From positions 506,859 through 570,858 of the forward strand of contig NW_003314307.1 of the NCBI RefSeq assembly GCF_000143415.4: 64,000 nucleotides of DNA. Reading direction: 5' to 3'. The stretch's first letter is position 1. Every line of letters starts with the position of its first letter. The notes beneath the pieces are model-generated. The model was given only the letters and a program-made list of their open reading frames with translations, had not been told where the DNA came from and made no database searches. A program made the translations under genes and the position numbers. Shown here one piece after another: positions 60,663-64,000 of the stretch. Origin of the DNA: Selaginella moellendorffii (Eukaryota > Plantae > Lycopodiophyta).

Positions 60663-63213
60663 TGTCGCGAATGTGACTTCAGGTATCGAAAGTTACCTGT
60701 CGGCTAGTCCTTACAAACACTCTTACCTTACTGCCACGATGGCAGGAGGTCGGTATTGCTGGACCCGTTATCAGTTTCCCACTTGAGCTAGTTGAGAAAC
60801 TGGTCAATGACTATGAACTTAGATTGGATAAACATAAGGTAGGAACCCTATGTGTTTCTTGCTGAGCATACTCGGCCTGGTTTGAGAAACTTGAGTCATT
60901 GGCTTGCACTTGCTAGTATCAAAAACCCCCGCAATATTGAGATTGGTCCCTCAATATTGCTAGATGATAGCTTACCGTGTTTGCCAAACACCCTCGCTAT
61001 CATGCCCTTTGTGTTGGTCTCGTTTCGGTCCCAAATGCTATTTATGGAAAGTGTCCAGATTTGCTCATTTGGCATATCTACGGAACGTAGAGATCGTCCT
61101 GAACACAATAGTGTTCGTCCCGTGTTCAAATTCGCAATCTAGGGACATTCCATATTTAGTAAGTTTCGAGCTTGTCCCAGAGACTAACTCCTGATACTAA
61201 GGGAGGCTTGGGGTGAAAGCCCAAAGCATGTGTTCCTCAAGGGGGGGGGCTGTGGGGGGTTCCAAATGCACAGTAGGGATAGTGGGTAGGTCGGGCATGG
61301 CCGACCAACCTGAGGCATAGTCTAGCTCCCGCTTGCGTGCCTGTCCTTGTTCTGCGTTCGGCTTGGGTCTAAGCCCAAGTTCCATTCCATGCTAGTTGGT
61401 GGAGTACCCATGTCTTCGCGTTAGGCCACCGGTATGCCGAAATAGTGCCAGACTTCGTTTGGCTCCGTTTTGCGTGCTGGTCCTGGCATTGGGATGCTGG
61501 TTACTCAAGGACTGTTCCAAGTCGCTCCGGGCTCCTGTCCCTTTGCTCCTTGGGCTTTATGCTTAGGAGTTGCTTCGTGGTTCGGTTCTGTCACTCCTTG
61601 GCTCCATGCTTGGGAGTTTGGCACCGTTCCTTCGTTCAGTGGCCCAAGGCCCTGAACTACGGGTTCCTATAGACACGTGGCATGTGACATGTGGCATCTG
61701 TCACGTGGCACAAAGAGGGTTTAGGTTCCGCTTCGTGGTGTTATCCTATGGTAAATCACCATAGGATAAAGGGTCAAAACCACGTGCGCTACATTTGGTA
61801 TCAGAGGGTGAGTCTCAGCGAGTACTATACAATGAGATTGGGCAACTAGTCTCGTTGCATACGCAGAGATGAAAACAATGATCCGAGTGGGTACACGTTT
61901 GGTGCAAAGGGTTCACATTTGTTCCTTGGGTATGGTTCTGGTTACCTTTTGTACCTAACAATGTGAGCTTGCTCTTGGGCTCATAGGATGGATTTGAGAT
62001 GCTCCGTTAGCACGAGTTTACGCTTGGGCTCGTGAGTGAGGCACATTAGCAACTCGAGGATACGCTTTGAGTTGGCAGGATTAATGTTAACCTATCAGTG
62101 GCTCCATGAGTTGTTCCATGTACTGTGGGTGAAAGCAAACTTTCCCTGGTTTGCTATGAGTAGCGAATAGGCTAGTCCATAGCTGTTTAGCATGGCACTA
62201 GTGGATCCTTCCTAGGCATGATTACAAGTGGATCAACTAAGACTATAGGGATTAGTCTATTGGTTCAAGTAATCATTGTCGTGCTCTCTTATAAACTTTT
62301 CTTGGATTGGACTGAAGGCAGTGCGAACGCAAGCTTGAGGTTTAGTCAAAGATGAGACCGAAAAGAGAGTAGTCGGGGACGGAGGATCAAACACGTAAAT
62401 CATTTTCTTTTCTTGAAGAAATGATTTGCAATGAGGTGTTGACATATTGCTCGTATTTACATCATGCAATCAAGAGTCCCTACCTTAATGCATCTTGGAG
62501 ATGATGGTCTTACAAATGGTGAGTTATGGGATGGATAGCGGTAAAATGCTATACCATTTTGTCTAGGCTTGCTATTGGAAGACTTGAGTTGCAATGCTCA
62601 ATTCTTTTCCGGGAACCTTGCTATTGCTCCTTGAGTAGCTTGGTGTTGGACTAGTTTTGAGTTTGGTCAAATAGAGAGAGTGGCATGAGTTTGTCCATGT
62701 TGTGAACAAAAAGTTAGTGGTGCTGAGTGTTGTAAATCTCTATCGGTGGAGTGTGGCATTTATGTTGCATTTTGTCGAATCGAGTTTGCACTTGATACTC
62801 ACATAAACCTTTGAAGTAATGACATAGACATTACTCGTGGTGTTGCTCAATTGATGATCAAATCATTGTGATTTCCATATCATATCTATGTAATAATGAG
62901 CAATGTGTTTACGAAGTTGCTTGGTTAAACAATGATCAACCCCAAAGTGGTTGATAGTAAAGCTAGTCTACTTACACGAAGTAGCATTGTAGTAGCTTTG
63001 ACTGGATTCTCGATGATGGTTCATTATGCTAAGTTTAAGTTGGTTCCTTGTTTCCTTGAGGGTTTGCCCATAAGGTGTTGGAAAGGGTTATAGCATTCAC
63101 TTGCTATGCCTTGTCGGTTATTCCGTTAACACTTGGAGTAGATTGTTGGATAGAGAAGGTGTGAGGCTGAGGCATTGATATTGCTAGCACTTGTGTTAGT
63201 GGAAGTGGCATTG
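60663..63213 (+). mobile_element. Family A element A3 (5' LTR 60663-61793, PBS at 61796), nested in A2
   Basis: The LTR has no adjacent upstream PPT and is followed by a PBS and a repeat of the A2 leader, so it is a new 5' LTR. Confidence 0.82.
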
Positions 63214-64000
63214 TGTAAGGAACCAACTCGCCGAGGTGTCGTAGGCTAAGGGAACCCCGAAAGCATGACCAAAATGACAAAGAGTTCATCGGATGGGACC
63301 AAGTCAAAGATCGAGTCCAAGACCGACTCTAGGACCGAGTTCGAGATCGAGTCCGGAATCGAGTCCGAGACCGACTCGGGGACCGAGTTCGAGTCCGAGT
63401 TCGAGACCGAGTTCGAGACGGAGTCCGAGATCCGAAATCGGGTCCGAGACCGAGTCCGAAGTCGAGTCCGAGGTCGGGCCCGAGATCGGGTCCGAGATCG
63501 AGTCCGCGATCGAGTCCGAGACCGAATCCGAAGTCGGATCCGAAATCGGATCCGAGATCGAGCCAGAGACTAAGTCCAAATACTAATACGGGTCAAGGGG
63601 TGAAAGCCCAAAGCGTGCGTCCCCCAGGGGGGGGGGGCTGCAGGGGGTTCCAAAAGTATAGTAGGGATAGTGAGGTCCAGGAACCAGTTTTGAAGGGACT
63701 CTCCAGTTGGGCTTCCAAACCGACTTGAGGTTGGGACTGGGACTAAGGGGCCTTGGGTGGGAGTGGGCATGGACTTGGCTGGTGCCGGAGGGGCCATCCA
63801 AGGAAGTGCTCAAGAGCAGCTCCCACTCCCGAAAGGGAAACCGATTGCGGTGCTCCCGGCTCATGTGGAGTGGTGCCCCACTTGAGTACCATGCGGCTCA
63901 TTGGTCCTCGCCCTTCCAAGGGGCTTGGGCCTTCCTTCGGGATGGAAGTGGGGGGCGAGAGGTACCCATACCGGGCCGTTAGGCCACGGTGTTTCGCCCC
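63214..64000 (+). mobile_element. Start of a family C LTR inserted in A3
   Basis: A3 homology breaks at GGCATTG|TGTAAGG; GAGTCC-type array and the GGGTGAAAGCCC/G-tract motif shared with the other LTRs. Confidence 0.75.

Overview
Plant nuclear DNA; the very compact genes and ~50-60 bp introns suggest a Selaginella-like lycophyte (inference). From left to right: (1) 1-3198, the 5' part of a non-coding LTR retroelement (family A, minus strand), inserted into (2) 3199-~14550, a large DNA-transposon-like element. That element has a Sola-type DDD transposase on the minus strand and a divergent, now disrupted multi-exon cargo gene (ParB-like domain, degenerate DNA-methyltransferase-like segment, FCP1/NIF-type phosphatase), and carries ~20 copies of a 22-bp palindrome found nowhere else in the window. 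(3) 14551-37580 is a four-deep nest of non-autonomous family B LTR elements, each inserted in an LTR of the previous one; each internal region holds a conserved ~400-nt run of consecutive hairpins. (4) 37.6-42.2 kb is AT-rich, with a (TA)n tract and a frameshifted bulb-type lectin gene. (5) 42.2-51.8 kb is a dense gene island: Nudix hydrolase, a 133-aa protein, histone H2A, an intronless PRP22-like helicase, an RLCK-XI-type kinase, tRNA-Asp and a TL15-like pentapeptide protein. (6) The remainder holds a pogo/Fot1-like transposase relic and a second LTR nest (families A and C). The best candidates for new biology are the transposon cargo plus palindrome system and the structured RNA module in family B. 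All domain calls are from motif recognition by eye; no database searches were run.
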